Notes: generated by a model not told the origin, from the sequence alone. DNA of 64,000 nt from a virus (IMGVR_UViG_3300033066_001625:25906-89905); one strand, 5' to 3'; counted from the stretch's first letter, positions 10,166-21,351 are shown. A program made the numbers and translations.

Positions 10166-13100
10166 ATGCAAAATCTTAGAATAGTTAACGTACAGATAAA
10201 TGACAGCTCCAATATTGATGTCACTTTTACAGAAAATTTGACAATGGGTCTTGTCACATCTAACGTTGCTATCATATCAGAAACTACAGGTGTACCAGAT
10301 TCAGATCCATTAATTCTTAAAGTTACTGGAAATGTTCTAAGTATTACTTGTCAGCCTTTGACTCCACTTGCCTCATATTTCATCGTTTTCTCTTCTACAC
10401 CAACCAACCCATTTACCTCTGTAAATGGAGAGGCTAAGATGTTTGAAGATGGTGTACAAAATAGATATCTAATTACTGGTCCTTTACCTTCTGATAATAT
10501 TGTAAGAGAATATTTCAAATCATATTTCCAAGACAATATATATGATTTGGCTGATAGTAATGGGCTAATCTCTAAATATATTGATTCTTTGTCAATCGCT
10601 TTATCTAGAGCTTTATATGATATCAATCAAGTTAAGAATGAAAACTATTTAAGTTTCACTGTTACTGATGAGCCACAAACCAGAGGAAGTGGTCCTACTG
10701 ATAGGCTTAATCAAGAGTGCGCATATGAAATTACTAGAGTTGGTAGAGGCGTTAGCACAGCAAATGCCAAATTGGTATTTCCTATTGACAATTTCCCAGC
10801 TTTCCCTATTACCTTACAGAAACAAGATAATGTAGAGCAGTTAAAACCTAGCTCAACTGATCAGATAGGCTATTTCAATATTAATAGTTTAGTTTTGACA
10901 CTATCAGCTTCGCCAGTCACAAAAGTAAATAGCATTGTGTTTACCTTGTTGACCACAAATCCTACTTACACTTATGATATTGCAAAGTATGGATATCAAA
11001 TCAAAAATTCTAGATATGATCAAGAATTTGCTTTTGATTATGCTTTACTATCTGATAATCAAATTAGAATAAGTGATAAGATATTAGAAGATCCCAACTT
11101 TTCCTTAACTGACATTTTTAATGTTCAAATAGAATATGAATCCAAAGATTTAGGCAGAGTAGTGAATGAGACTACGGTAACAGTTACTACTGTTAAATCT
11201 TCTTCCAGAGAAGTTCTTCCTCCTGTTATCAATATTTTCAATCTACAACACGCCCCCATAACAAATTTCAACGGTGATATTATTACTACCACTGGAGGAA
11301 TTTCTTTTATTGATCCGAATGCTGCCGGAAGCACCAAACACCCAGCATTTCTATACGAGTTACCATTTAGATTAAATGGTCTTCCATTTAGCCCAGGTCA
11401 ATACAGTGTTGATTATACTACTGGTACAGTTTATGTTTATGGTGCTGATTTAACCAACGATGGTACAGGACCATATCCACCATTAGCTACATATAATTAT
11501 CTATTGACATACAAACCAGAACAAGATTATGTATATGATTCTGATTTATTGGATTTAGTTACATTGCCAAATGGAAATCTGAGGGGCGCCCAAGGAAATG
11601 TTAATTTCAACTACGAGGAAGTTTTAGTTCCAGGTATAGATTATGTAGCAAATATACATCAAGAAGTTTTGGCTGAAAGAGTTGCAAACAATCTAGTTGC
11701 TGCCAACGCCGTTAGAGTACAAAATGCCCCTGTCACTAATGTATTCAGAATCTACAATGAAACATCTGGAGAAATTTATACATTAGATAGATGGAATAAT
11801 GATAAGGTCTATTTCAGATATAATACTCCGCCAGCCATAGAACAACTGATTGGGGAAAGAGTTAATTTCAATAATGTTATCAATGAGTTATTGTATATTA
11901 ATACTTCTATGGTCAATTCTGGCGCATTAGATGTCATCAAAATATTTCTAGCTAATAACTCTATTATTGGAGGAACAGAAGATGGTATTGCGTCTTCTTT
12001 CAATACTAGCTTAACATTCTCTGATGTAACTATTTTCTCTTCTGAGAAGTGGTTCAATAGACAATTAGATGAAGCTACCAATATTAATAGGCTATCTAAT
12101 TTAGGAGAGTACCTTGTTGATTATACTCATGGTATCATTTACTGTGCCGTAGCAAATCCACAAAACTTTAACATTGGTACAGCTTCTTACAAAAATAATA
12201 GAATTATTCCGCAGTTCCCACACTTGATCAGCGTAGATGATATCTATTATCAAATCAGTGTGTTGGATCAAAAGAATAAGAAATTCTCCTATGATTCTTT
12301 CGGAGATGGTTTTATTATTCCACAGACTTTAGATTACTCTGATGAATTGTCATTGAACAATGATACAAATTCTGTTTATCAAATAAGCAATAAGACTGTT
12401 GGAACTTTCGTAGATGCTAGTTTTATTACAGGAGTAACAAATCAAGTTAAGTTTGTTAGATCAGTATTTGAATATGAAGATTTGTTCTTCAGCACAAAAC
12501 CTTTGAATTTTGCTTTCGCTAGCACCAGCAGCGGATTTAATATCCAAGTAAATTCATTGACGGGGCAATCATTCGAAAATGTACAATTTGATGGATCTGA
12601 TTACTATGTAATTATTGATCAAAATATTCCATATTTTTCATCAAATATCAGTTACTCTTTTCAAATTACCAGATTATCTGATTCCGTTTCTTTGTGGAAC
12701 GGTTCTGGAACTATAGTTCCTGGAAACCCCGTTAAGTTGATTTTGCCAGGCATCGGTTCACCCGTGGCTGGCGATTTGGTTGATGTAACCTTCACTTTCA
12801 CAATCAATGATCTTTCAAGAGTCGTTGTAGATTACAACAAGGGCGAATACTACATTGACTACACTTATGTAGCTGATGAAATCATTCTTAGCTATGAATA
12901 TGGCGATAACGTTATTGATTTCAGAAAAAACAAGAATCTTCCTGCCAACACTCGTTATTTTGTTAGCTACAAGGTTGGAGCACTTAGAGATGCTTTGTTA
13001 AGAAATTTCGGTACATTGGTTAACGTGCCGGAACTAGCAAACTTCGACATAGATTTCAATCGTGAAAGATATCGTGATGCTTTGACGGCAGCCCTAACCT

Positions 13101-16100
13101 CTTTTATTCAGGGACCTACTTTAACAGCCATCAAAAACATAGGTAAGACTATTTCTCATATTGAGCCAGAAGTAATAGAATCTGTTTTCCAAAACTGGTC
13201 TTTGGGCAGCAGCTTATTGAATCCAGAATCTATTACCACTACAGGTTCATTTCAATTGTTACCAACTAAATATGAAAATGGCGTTCTGATAGATTCAGCA
13301 GACCAATCAATTAGTTTCCCCTTCAACTCTAATATCAGATTGGAAGAAGGAACTTTTGAAACTTGGATTAGTCCGTCTTGGAATGGATTAGACAATGATG
13401 CTGCCTTAACTTTCAATATTCAAAAAGATGGTTACACGGTTAATCCGGCTTTTGTGTTTATTGGGGCGGGTGAAAATCACCCACAAATGAATGATGGAAT
13501 CTTTTCACTTACTAAATTGAGTGATGCTGTGGGTGTACCCAATAAAAACAAAGATGGAATTTTTATTTACTATGATAAAGACATCTCTGGTAGTTTCTTA
13601 AGATGGTATGTAGAAATTATTGATGGATATGTCGCGCCTACCAGTTCTAACTACAGTTTCAAAATTACTTCTACCGGTGCATTTTATGATGCCAAGAGTT
13701 TGGTAATTCCAAAACCTTCAAATCTTAGAATTACTACCGGAACTAGCACAATTAGTTTCAGTATAGTAGGTGGACCGCCAATTGACGAAGGTCTTACTTT
13801 CGTTTCAGATGTTGATCATTACATCCTAGATGCCGGAGAAGAGAAAAGTAGAAACAGAATTTCCATCTTCAAGGATATCAGTGGTTATTTGAACTTCAGA
13901 GTATTTGATAAAGATAAAACGCCTTACATAGTAAGTGCAGATGTATCTGGATGGAAAGCGGGCGATCTACATCATGTAGCCGCTTCTTGGAAATTGAATA
14001 CCAGAAACGGTAGAGATGAAATACATTTGTTTGTGGATGGTTTTGAAGTTCCTAATATCATAAAATCGGGACAAAAACTAAGACCATACCTACATGAAAA
14101 ATTCAGAACAGTTAACCCAGAAGAAATAGTTGGTTCAACCAGTGGTGATATAATTGCCTCAACTGATTTACAAACCAATGCTGGAAGCACTATCGTTACA
14201 TCTAGCATAAATTTCAGTGCCTATAATATATTTGTAGGTAACACGATTTATATAGATGAAATTGGATTTTCCAATTCTGGATACACCATATTGGTAATTG
14301 ACGGACAAAATTTAACCCTATCTTCCCCAATGCCACAAACATTGACCAATGGTAGGTTCTCTGTTAACAGAACCCAATTTACTGTAGTATCTGATATTGA
14401 TGTATCTCCAAACATTGCGGTATCTACTATCAATTCATTTATAGTTGGTTCAGATATCAATGGTTTTATCGGCTCCAATGTCGTCACATCTACATCATTA
14501 GATTTTGGGGCAGCAGAAGTACAAGTGGGTTATTTATTAAAGATAGAAGACACGTCAGTTACCGATGTGTATACTATTTTACAAGTATCAGGAAACGTTT
14601 TAACAATCAATGGTGAATTGCCAATTAATATCACCAATACATCATACATTATCTACAATGTAGATACAGAACAAGAAATACCAGGCGTTCGCGCACTGAG
14701 CCCAGCCTATAGCATATCTAAGGACGCTAATTTCAACAATATATTAACCATTTCTGATAAGGTAACTATCTATGATTTGATTCTTATCAGAACACTTGGA
14801 ATCAATCACAGAAGAGTGAAGAGAAATTACTATGTATGGAGTAGTGGTGTTGAAAACATTTTGATGACTAGACTGCCCGCTCCGATTTCATTGGATGAAG
14901 TAGATATCACAAAAGTGATTTTGCAAAATACTTCTATTAGCGCTTCCAATTCAACAGAATCAGGCGGTATACTTACTTCTTTTGATTTGGTAGTTGATCA
15001 GCCCTCTCTTTCTTTAACTGGCAGAACATTGAGTGCTACTATTGCTGGAACTAATGTAGACTTTTCAACTGCCGTTCAAGTTACTGTTGATGGAACTACA
15101 ATCAGTGGACCAACTAGCGAAATAATCACTTTCAATGACTATGGTACATTAGATTCTGTAAATCAATATCTTTCCGTTAATTTTGTCAATGTAGTTGTTC
15201 AACCATTGATGCTCAACAAGGCGGCATGTACCGTTACAGTGAAAGAGAAATACTCAGTTATTCACGCAGAAAATAATGATGGCTATGCTCCAATTGTTAG
15301 ATTCAGCTACCCAATTGGATATGGTTACACTTTGTATCAAAGCTCCGTGAACTCCGTCACTGATGATAATAAGTTGTTCAGTGCATTAGATATAAATAAC
15401 TACTTGGTTATTTCAGCTCCATCAGGTGCTGCGGGATTCTATTTGATTACTGATATTTCTTCAGATAGAAAAACTTTATTCGTGGAACCAACATTAGGTG
15501 GCGATGTTCCAGTCTTCAGCAATGGAACATATCAAATTCTTAATGCCAATGCTTATAGAAGTGGTTTGCAAAATGGATTCTTTACTTTTGAAATTAAAGA
15601 TATGCCGGGAGTACCTTACTATTTGAATAAGGGATTCTATGAATTTGAATATTTCACTTATACAAGAATGAGTTTGGATCCAATAAACACCAAGGTATTT
15701 GTGGGTAGTGATTTCAATGGTCAATTACAACTACATGGATTGATGGATCAAGTTAAAATATACTCAGTAATGTTAACTGATACCAGAATTGGAGAAAGCA
15801 TTCCAACTAATCAGCGCTCTATTACCAAAGATTTCAACTCTTTGAAGGCGTTAACCAAAGACTCTAATACTTTGATGTTAATTAGTTTTGATACTTTTCC
15901 ATTCTCTAATCAAGCTGATTTCTATGTTTCCCCCACCCCAACCAAAAACCATTTCTATTCTTCTTTGGTAGTAAATGAAAACTTTGGAAATAGTTTGGTT
16001 TTGTTGGATGAACCTATTATTTTGTCCAATGATGGTATTTTGAATACCAGAAAAGAAGGCACTATAGAGTTTTGGATGAGTCCATTGTTTGATACATCCA

Positions 16101-17302
16101 ATGATCCTCATAAGAGATTTTATTTTGATGCTTTTGGAGCTGTAACAGAAGATGTAGTAAGTGTCAACAGTGTTTCATTGAAGCTGTCTGCCCCTGCCAG
16201 CCAAATTTTAAGCGTTCACTTGAAGAGCGGAGACCCCCGTATAGATTACTTTGCTGGAGGAAAGATAGAAATTGATACGCAAAACGCTATGCAGGAAGCT
16301 AGTACCAGTGTAGGTAATAACTCAGTAGCCGTCTCTCATCCAATTCTACAAGTGATTACTGTTAAAATAGCCAATGACCCAACCAATACAGATTATTTTG
16401 TTGATGGTGCTATTGGTACAGATATGAAGACTATCTATTTAGGAAAGTTGTTGCCAGCGAACAATGTACCAGTTGTTGTAACTTATCAATCTACAGAGAA
16501 TAACAATCAAAACATCAATACACAAGTTGTAAGACTTAATAGAAAACTGCCATATCATAAGTCACATGTGACTGTAAATTATGTGCCAAAAGGATTGCAA
16601 GGCGATCGTATAGCTATCTTCAAAGATGAAGTAGGATACATAAACTTCGCTATTACTGCTTCGGGCAAGGACTATGTATTAAGGGCACCAACGTATTGGT
16701 CTAAAAATACTTGGCATAGAGTAAAAGCTAGTTACCGTGTGAACAGCGGATCAGCTACCGATGAAATGAGATTGTTCTTAGATGGTTACCAGTACAACAA
16801 TGTTCTATTTGGAACTGATTTGATATGTGGCACTTCACCAGCCATCATGGGATCTGTTATAGTAGGAGATGGTTATGCTGCTCTAGGAAATATCAAATTC
16901 AAGGACTCCATTAATCAATTGTTTATTGGAACTCAATTTGATGAGCAGTTCCCGACATTCACTTTGTTGGATAACTTGAGAATAAGCAATATGTCTAGAC
17001 CTATCTATGCTCCGTATGGTGAGGCAATAGATGTCAATTACTCTTCCAATTTGGATGTAGTGTTCCCTGTAACAGCAGATCTATTTACAACGTATTTATT
17101 AAATTCTGATATAGTGTCCTCAATCAATACCGATTTCGCTATATTAAAGAATAGAGAAACTGGTTTATTTGACTTTTCGGTAAATATAATAGATTCTTTA
17201 GGTATAGTTAATAGTAGTATAAAGTCTAAAGAGGCTCTAGAGAAATTGATACGAGTTTTGAAGCCAGCCAACTCTAGGGTGTTTATCCAGTATACTAGAT
17301 GA
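10166..17302 (+). CDS. giant baseplate wedge/receptor-binding protein with LamG (concanavalin A-like) elements
   Basis: 2378 aa following baseplate J; EGTFETW/EGTIEFW, HHVAASW/WHRVKASY, LFVDG/LFLDG, MDQVKIY/LDNLRIS motifs; ends LIRVLKPANSRVFIQY like P2 gpI/gp7-type wedge proteins. Confidence 0.65.
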   Translation: MQNLRIVNVQINDSSNIDVTFTENLTMGLVTSNVAIISETTGVPDSDPLILKVTGNVLSITCQPLTPLASYFIVFSSTPTNPFTSVNGEAKMFEDGVQNRYLITGPLPSDNIVREYFKSYFQDNIYDLADSNGLISKYIDSLSIALSRALYDINQVKNENYLSFTVTDEPQTRGSGPTDRLNQECAYEITRVGRGVSTANAKLVFPIDNFPAFPITLQKQDNVEQLKPSSTDQIGYFNINSLVLTLSASPVTKVNSIVFTLLTTNPTYTYDIAKYGYQIKNSRYDQEFAFDYALLSDNQIRISDKILEDPNFSLTDIFNVQIEYESKDLGRVVNETTVTVTTVKSSSREVLPPVINIFNLQHAPITNFNGDIITTTGGISFIDPNAAGSTKHPAFLYELPFRLNGLPFSPGQYSVDYTTGTVYVYGADLTNDGTGPYPPLATYNYLLTYKPEQDYVYDSDLLDLVTLPNGNLRGAQGNVNFNYEEVLVPGIDYVANIHQEVLAERVANNLVAANAVRVQNAPVTNVFRIYNETSGEIYTLDRWNNDKVYFRYNTPPAIEQLIGERVNFNNVINELLYINTSMVNSGALDVIKIFLANNSIIGGTEDGIASSFNTSLTFSDVTIFSSEKWFNRQLDEATNINRLSNLGEYLVDYTHGIIYCAVANPQNFNIGTASYKNNRIIPQFPHLISVDDIYYQISVLDQKNKKFSYDSFGDGFIIPQTLDYSDELSLNNDTNSVYQISNKTVGTFVDASFITGVTNQVKFVRSVFEYEDLFFSTKPLNFAFASTSSGFNIQVNSLTGQSFENVQFDGSDYYVIIDQNIPYFSSNISYSFQITRLSDSVSLWNGSGTIVPGNPVKLILPGIGSPVAGDLVDVTFTFTINDLSRVVVDYNKGEYYIDYTYVADEIILSYEYGDNVIDFRKNKNLPANTRYFVSYKVGALRDALLRNFGTLVNVPELANFDIDFNRERYRDALTAALTSFIQGPTLTAIKNIGKTISHIEPEVIESVFQNWSLGSSLLNPESITTTGSFQLLPTKYENGVLIDSADQSISFPFNSNIRLEEGTFETWISPSWNGLDNDAALTFNIQKDGYTVNPAFVFIGAGENHPQMNDGIFSLTKLSDAVGVPNKNKDGIFIYYDKDISGSFLRWYVEIIDGYVAPTSSNYSFKITSTGAFYDAKSLVIPKPSNLRITTGTSTISFSIVGGPPIDEGLTFVSDVDHYILDAGEEKSRNRISIFKDISGYLNFRVFDKDKTPYIVSADVSGWKAGDLHHVAASWKLNTRNGRDEIHLFVDGFEVPNIIKSGQKLRPYLHEKFRTVNPEEIVGSTSGDIIASTDLQTNAGSTIVTSSINFSAYNIFVGNTIYIDEIGFSNSGYTILVIDGQNLTLSSPMPQTLTNGRFSVNRTQFTVVSDIDVSPNIAVSTINSFIVGSDINGFIGSNVVTSTSLDFGAAEVQVGYLLKIEDTSVTDVYTILQVSGNVLTINGELPINITNTSYIIYNVDTEQEIPGVRALSPAYSISKDANFNNILTISDKVTIYDLILIRTLGINHRRVKRNYYVWSSGVENILMTRLPAPISLDEVDITKVILQNTSISASNSTESGGILTSFDLVVDQPSLSLTGRTLSATIAGTNVDFSTAVQVTVDGTTISGPTSEIITFNDYGTLDSVNQYLSVNFVNVVVQPLMLNKAACTVTVKEKYSVIHAENNDGYAPIVRFSYPIGYGYTLYQSSVNSVTDDNKLFSALDINNYLVISAPSGAAGFYLITDISSDRKTLFVEPTLGGDVPVFSNGTYQILNANAYRSGLQNGFFTFEIKDMPGVPYYLNKGFYEFEYFTYTRMSLDPINTKVFVGSDFNGQLQLHGLMDQVKIYSVMLTDTRIGESIPTNQRSITKDFNSLKALTKDSNTLMLISFDTFPFSNQADFYVSPTPTKNHFYSSLVVNENFGNSLVLLDEPIILSNDGILNTRKEGTIEFWMSPLFDTSNDPHKRFYFDAFGAVTEDVVSVNSVSLKLSAPASQILSVHLKSGDPRIDYFAGGKIEIDTQNAMQEASTSVGNNSVAVSHPILQVITVKIANDPTNTDYFVDGAIGTDMKTIYLGKLLPANNVPVVVTYQSTENNNQNINTQVVRLNRKLPYHKSHVTVNYVPKGLQGDRIAIFKDEVGYINFAITASGKDYVLRAPTYWSKNTWHRVKASYRVNSGSATDEMRLFLDGYQYNNVLFGTDLICGTSPAIMGSVIVGDGYAALGNIKFKDSINQLFIGTQFDEQFPTFTLLDNLRISNMSRPIYAPYGEAIDVNYSSNLDVVFPVTADLFTTYLLNSDIVSSINTDFAILKNRETGLFDFSVNIIDSLGIVNSSIKSKEALEKLIRVLKPANSRVFIQYTR

Positions 17303-17309
17303 GAAAACG

Positions 17310-20300
17310 ATGACAAAAAGAAGCCCAATTTCTGCTCCACAAAATATCTGGTTCGATGCTCAACAGGTTGACGATACTGATTTAACTTTGGAGCAAAACT
17401 ACAACAATACTATAACTTCTGGTATAATCGGTAACCATGTTGGTTCTGGTGTATTGCCAGAGGTATTAGAACAGAATATTATTTTTGATTCTACGTTGTC
17501 TACGGGCTTTTTAGATGGTACAATAGTTCAAGCTCAACATCAACCAGCTGATAATAATCTGGGAAATCAACTTGAGATTGAATTAACGGGTTCTCAAGTT
17601 GCAGGAAAAAAAGCCATCAAGGTTTGCATTATTGGTTTGGATTTTGAAAGCAATCTACAATATGAAACTTTCTATTTCAGAACCAATGAAATACAAATTA
17701 GTCATAAGCACTTTACCAATATTTTGCTTATTCTTTTCAATGATTTTGTAGGTGATCCTACTTTGTCATTAAATTTGGGCGGTAGAATTATTATTCGTGA
17801 AGCCAATCCATTTTCATTATCTAGAAGCCCTTTGATGATTGCTCAAGATGTTGAGCCTAATCTATTCTTCAGAGATTTCTTTTTGGAAGGATATCTTTCT
17901 TTACAAGCATTGCTAAGTGCCGCTCTTCCATTTTACAATATAGATACTTTGGGGATTTTCACTGCTCCATTAGATAATCAAGTTTTATTGAAAGGAGATG
18001 TTACTACACAAATTGGACAAAAATTTGTCGCATCTACCAATAATATTCAAAAGGTTAGCCTACTACTTTCTGTTAGAAATACAGATGTAGGAGACGAAAA
18101 TGATTTGGTTTGGAATGGTGATTTAGTAATAAGCATTTACCCACTACAATCCACTATTGAATGCGCTTCTGATATCGCACCAAGTCTACCAATAGATTTC
18201 TCACCATCCAATATTCCAGTAGCACAATTGAGTGTCAACTATAATACATTGCAGTCTTCTGGCATAATCTTAAGCTCTGTGCCACAACCTGTTGATTTTG
18301 TATTTAGCAATACTTTGGTTGCTTCTGGAAATGTATTAACTGTCGGACACTATTATGCTGTAACCATTAAGAGATCTGGTTCTGCAAATAAATGCGACAT
18401 TCTAATAGCCGTTGGATCTGATAGAGTTCCAGATTCCAGAATTACGACTTTTACTGGTACTTTGTGGGTAGATATTCCAGACCAAGATTTGTGGTTCAGA
18501 GTTTGGACTGATGCTGCAAAAGTATCAGACGGACAAATCTACGAGAATGGTCATGGCGTTGTTCTTCCAAAAACCGCTCAAGATCCAAATACTTTGGCAA
18601 CTGTGGATTACTCTTTAGAAGATTTACAATTCACTGGTAACGGTGTATTTAGAGCTGTAGTTGCAGCTTCCACCGAAGAAACTACTCCTGTACCAGATCA
18701 GCGCACAGGTAATCCAATTTTATCTAGACAACAGTTTGTACCAGATGTCAAGTTGTTAAACACAATTGATATCACCAATTTAGAAAAAGCTTCTGAACCA
18801 TTGGTTGTCGGCGCAATTGCAGATAAGAATATCAAGTTTTTCGATTCTATCTCATCTATCATCAATTCTAATTTATACTCCGCTACTATGGTACACGACG
18901 AATTGATTATCAAAATTGTAGATGACTCAACAGACACAGTTAGATTTGATTCATCAGTTAACGGATTGATTACCAATTTGTTGAATGGAGATTTTGTTGG
19001 CGCCCAAATATTCCCAAATGCAAGCAACACTGGAAATTACTTCAGAATTGCGTCAGCCAAATTAGCATCATGTATTTTGGGAGATGTTGATGGTAATGGA
19101 ATCATTGATATCAATGATTTGAATATCTTAAATACATATCTAAATTACGATTTGAATACTGGTTTGCCGGCTAATACAATAGTAAATACTGATGGTATCA
19201 CTACTACTTTCACCAATGGCTACAATACTTATACCGCCCCATTTAGCAATGCCTTCGGTATTAGTTTCCAATTAGTAGACCCTGCTACAGGTACCGTAGT
19301 AACCAGTGGAAGCGATGGAGTTTTAGTAGCCAATCCAAATGATAATAGACTGGCACAATTCACTAGTGCTAGCGTTTCTTTTAACACCATTATTGGTTTA
19401 GGTTCTTACAAACTTGTTCTTCTAATACCATCAAATCAAGAGAATTATGGAGGATTTGATATTACTTCCATAGATTCTTTGACAGATGTTTTGACACTTA
19501 GAAAGGTCTTCTTGACTGGCGATGTGTTGATGCAAATGTTGAGAGCAGATATTGATGGAGATTTCCATATCACCTATACAGATGGATATTTGCTACAGAA
19601 TTACATAGATAGAGAGGTATTAACTTCATCTCCAACTAGCACTTATCCGGGACCTTCTACCAATCCGTTCACAAAAATTGGTACTAGATTCAATGTTATT
19701 AGATTCAAATTAGAAGAGTTTATAGATAGGGCAGACGATTATTCTTCAGTGACTATAGATAGAGCAATGGCAGTTCATCCTGCCCCAGATATTTTCTTAT
19801 CAGATGGATATTTTGCAAGTCATGACTTCTACATAAATCCCGTTGCTTGGTCAGTTCAAAAGCAATTGACTTGGGACGAATCACTTATAGTTACTAATAG
19901 CAAACCACGTCCTGTTCCTACCGTTTTCACCAGCTTATCTGGATTTCAAAGCAATAGCTGTCATATAGATGGTGTAACTATTGATGTATATGAATCACAA
20001 CCAGATTTTGACCAAGGTCGTGTAGATGTATTTATCCCAAATAACTTAATCATTGGTAGGGGTGGAGAGTTACATAGACCAGATGGCAATTTCTATAAGG
20101 TAGATTTTGAAGTTGGAACTATCGTTCTAGAAATTCCTGATGGATTATTTGGTTCTGAACGCACCATTAATGTCCTGGATGACTTTATTGCTGACTATAC
20201 TGGAGATGGAAGAACTCGTTTGGGTTTCCCTTCCATGAGATTTGCTGATTGTTCATTGGTTAAGGCAGACGCTTTAACTAATGATCAACTAAGATTCTCT

Positions 20301-21308
20301 GTAGCAGTACAGTCTTTCTCTCCAAATACAAATGGATTAAGTGTCGATGGATATGGCGGAGCCATTGTAGATGGTAAGATTGGTGTCTCCATTGATTATA
20401 GTACCGGATTGTTAACACTTAACTTTACAAACTTATATCAAGATGCCGTTCTACAAACTTTAAGCACCAAGATTCAAATTAACGTCTTCTTGAAAAAGGG
20501 CGGATTTAACAATCAAACACTGTTCGTAGATTCTGGAAAAATGCAGAATATGTTGAAGCTTATCAGCGTATTCAGTGGTAACGTGGACGGCGGACCATCA
20601 GCTTTGGTAGATTTACAAAATGATGTAGCGGGCGTATTACCAATCATTCATGGTGGTACTGGATTGAATGACGTAGGTACTTTCGGAACAGTATTGACCA
20701 GCAACGGAAGCGGATTGAGCTATCAGTTCATTTTTGATATGGTTGGTGTTATTCCATTCTCCACTGGTATCCCTGATGCTGATAGAATTCCAAAAACAGA
20801 TGGATATGGATTATTGGATCCAAGCTTCATGTATAAGAACCCGATGTACGTCTATGGTACTGCCGGAATCTTTTCAAATGATAGCGCTACTCCAATTGTT
20901 ATTGGAGCATTTCCATTTAGATTTGATTCTTATATCTTAGAAGGATTGCAGAGTATCAATCTGGAAGTAATATTGGAAACCACCAATAGCTTGAATACAG
21001 CGCAAATTCAATTGTTTAATGTTGCCACGGCTTCTTATGTTAATATCAGCGGTGGAACTATTTTGTCAACCACAAATACGTCACCAACTTTATTAACATC
21101 TAATGATATCAAATCTCTATTATCTGGGGGTGCAACGAACTTTGTGTACGAAGTTCATTTGAGCTTATCTCCATCCAGCGGATCAGATATTGCAGTCTGT
21201 AAAATGGCACGTTTGGTAATGACTTATAACAATCCATATGGAGCAGCCCCGCCATTGGCTCATAGTTCCAATTTTGTTCCTTATCTACCATCTCCAACTC
21301 CAATGTAA
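17310..21308 (+). CDS. virion structural / tail-fibre-like protein with two dockerin-like Ca-binding repeats
   Basis: 1332 aa; GDVDGNGIIDINDL (19080) and ADIDGDFHITYTDG (19545); fibre-type motif VAGVLPIIHGGTG near C-terminus. Confidence 0.6.
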   Translation: MTKRSPISAPQNIWFDAQQVDDTDLTLEQNYNNTITSGIIGNHVGSGVLPEVLEQNIIFDSTLSTGFLDGTIVQAQHQPADNNLGNQLEIELTGSQVAGKKAIKVCIIGLDFESNLQYETFYFRTNEIQISHKHFTNILLILFNDFVGDPTLSLNLGGRIIIREANPFSLSRSPLMIAQDVEPNLFFRDFFLEGYLSLQALLSAALPFYNIDTLGIFTAPLDNQVLLKGDVTTQIGQKFVASTNNIQKVSLLLSVRNTDVGDENDLVWNGDLVISIYPLQSTIECASDIAPSLPIDFSPSNIPVAQLSVNYNTLQSSGIILSSVPQPVDFVFSNTLVASGNVLTVGHYYAVTIKRSGSANKCDILIAVGSDRVPDSRITTFTGTLWVDIPDQDLWFRVWTDAAKVSDGQIYENGHGVVLPKTAQDPNTLATVDYSLEDLQFTGNGVFRAVVAASTEETTPVPDQRTGNPILSRQQFVPDVKLLNTIDITNLEKASEPLVVGAIADKNIKFFDSISSIINSNLYSATMVHDELIIKIVDDSTDTVRFDSSVNGLITNLLNGDFVGAQIFPNASNTGNYFRIASAKLASCILGDVDGNGIIDINDLNILNTYLNYDLNTGLPANTIVNTDGITTTFTNGYNTYTAPFSNAFGISFQLVDPATGTVVTSGSDGVLVANPNDNRLAQFTSASVSFNTIIGLGSYKLVLLIPSNQENYGGFDITSIDSLTDVLTLRKVFLTGDVLMQMLRADIDGDFHITYTDGYLLQNYIDREVLTSSPTSTYPGPSTNPFTKIGTRFNVIRFKLEEFIDRADDYSSVTIDRAMAVHPAPDIFLSDGYFASHDFYINPVAWSVQKQLTWDESLIVTNSKPRPVPTVFTSLSGFQSNSCHIDGVTIDVYESQPDFDQGRVDVFIPNNLIIGRGGELHRPDGNFYKVDFEVGTIVLEIPDGLFGSERTINVLDDFIADYTGDGRTRLGFPSMRFADCSLVKADALTNDQLRFSVAVQSFSPNTNGLSVDGYGGAIVDGKIGVSIDYSTGLLTLNFTNLYQDAVLQTLSTKIQINVFLKKGGFNNQTLFVDSGKMQNMLKLISVFSGNVDGGPSALVDLQNDVAGVLPIIHGGTGLNDVGTFGTVLTSNGSGLSYQFIFDMVGVIPFSTGIPDADRIPKTDGYGLLDPSFMYKNPMYVYGTAGIFSNDSATPIVIGAFPFRFDSYILEGLQSINLEVILETTNSLNTAQIQLFNVATASYVNISGGTILSTTNTSPTLLTSNDIKSLLSGGATNFVYEVHLSLSPSSGSDIAVCKMARLVMTYNNPYGAAPPLAHSSNFVPYLPSPTPM

Positions 21309-21323
21309 TTTAATTTCGCCCAC

Positions 21324-21351
21324 TTGACAGGTAATTTGCGAGAATTACCTT
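21324..21351 (+). promoter_or_regulatory. sigma70-like promoter TTGACA-N16-TACCTT
   Basis: Intergenic after baseplate operon; same 16-nt spacing as three other intergenic TTGACA sites. Confidence 0.5.
21329..21350 (+). other. hairpin AGGTAATT-(T-GCGA-G)-AATTACCT, GNRA tetraloop; possible terminator/stabiliser
   Basis: Perfect 8-bp stem plus U-G pair; no U-tract follows, so not a classic intrinsic terminator. Confidence 0.5.

Noticed and set aside
1-21308. Bacterial T6SS/eCIS locus or eukaryotic giant virus
   Set aside because: Baseplate genes co-occur with replication, sigma factor and nucleotide genes, SD sites and ATGA coupling, which fits a jumbo myophage despite the tubulin and Nei1-like genes
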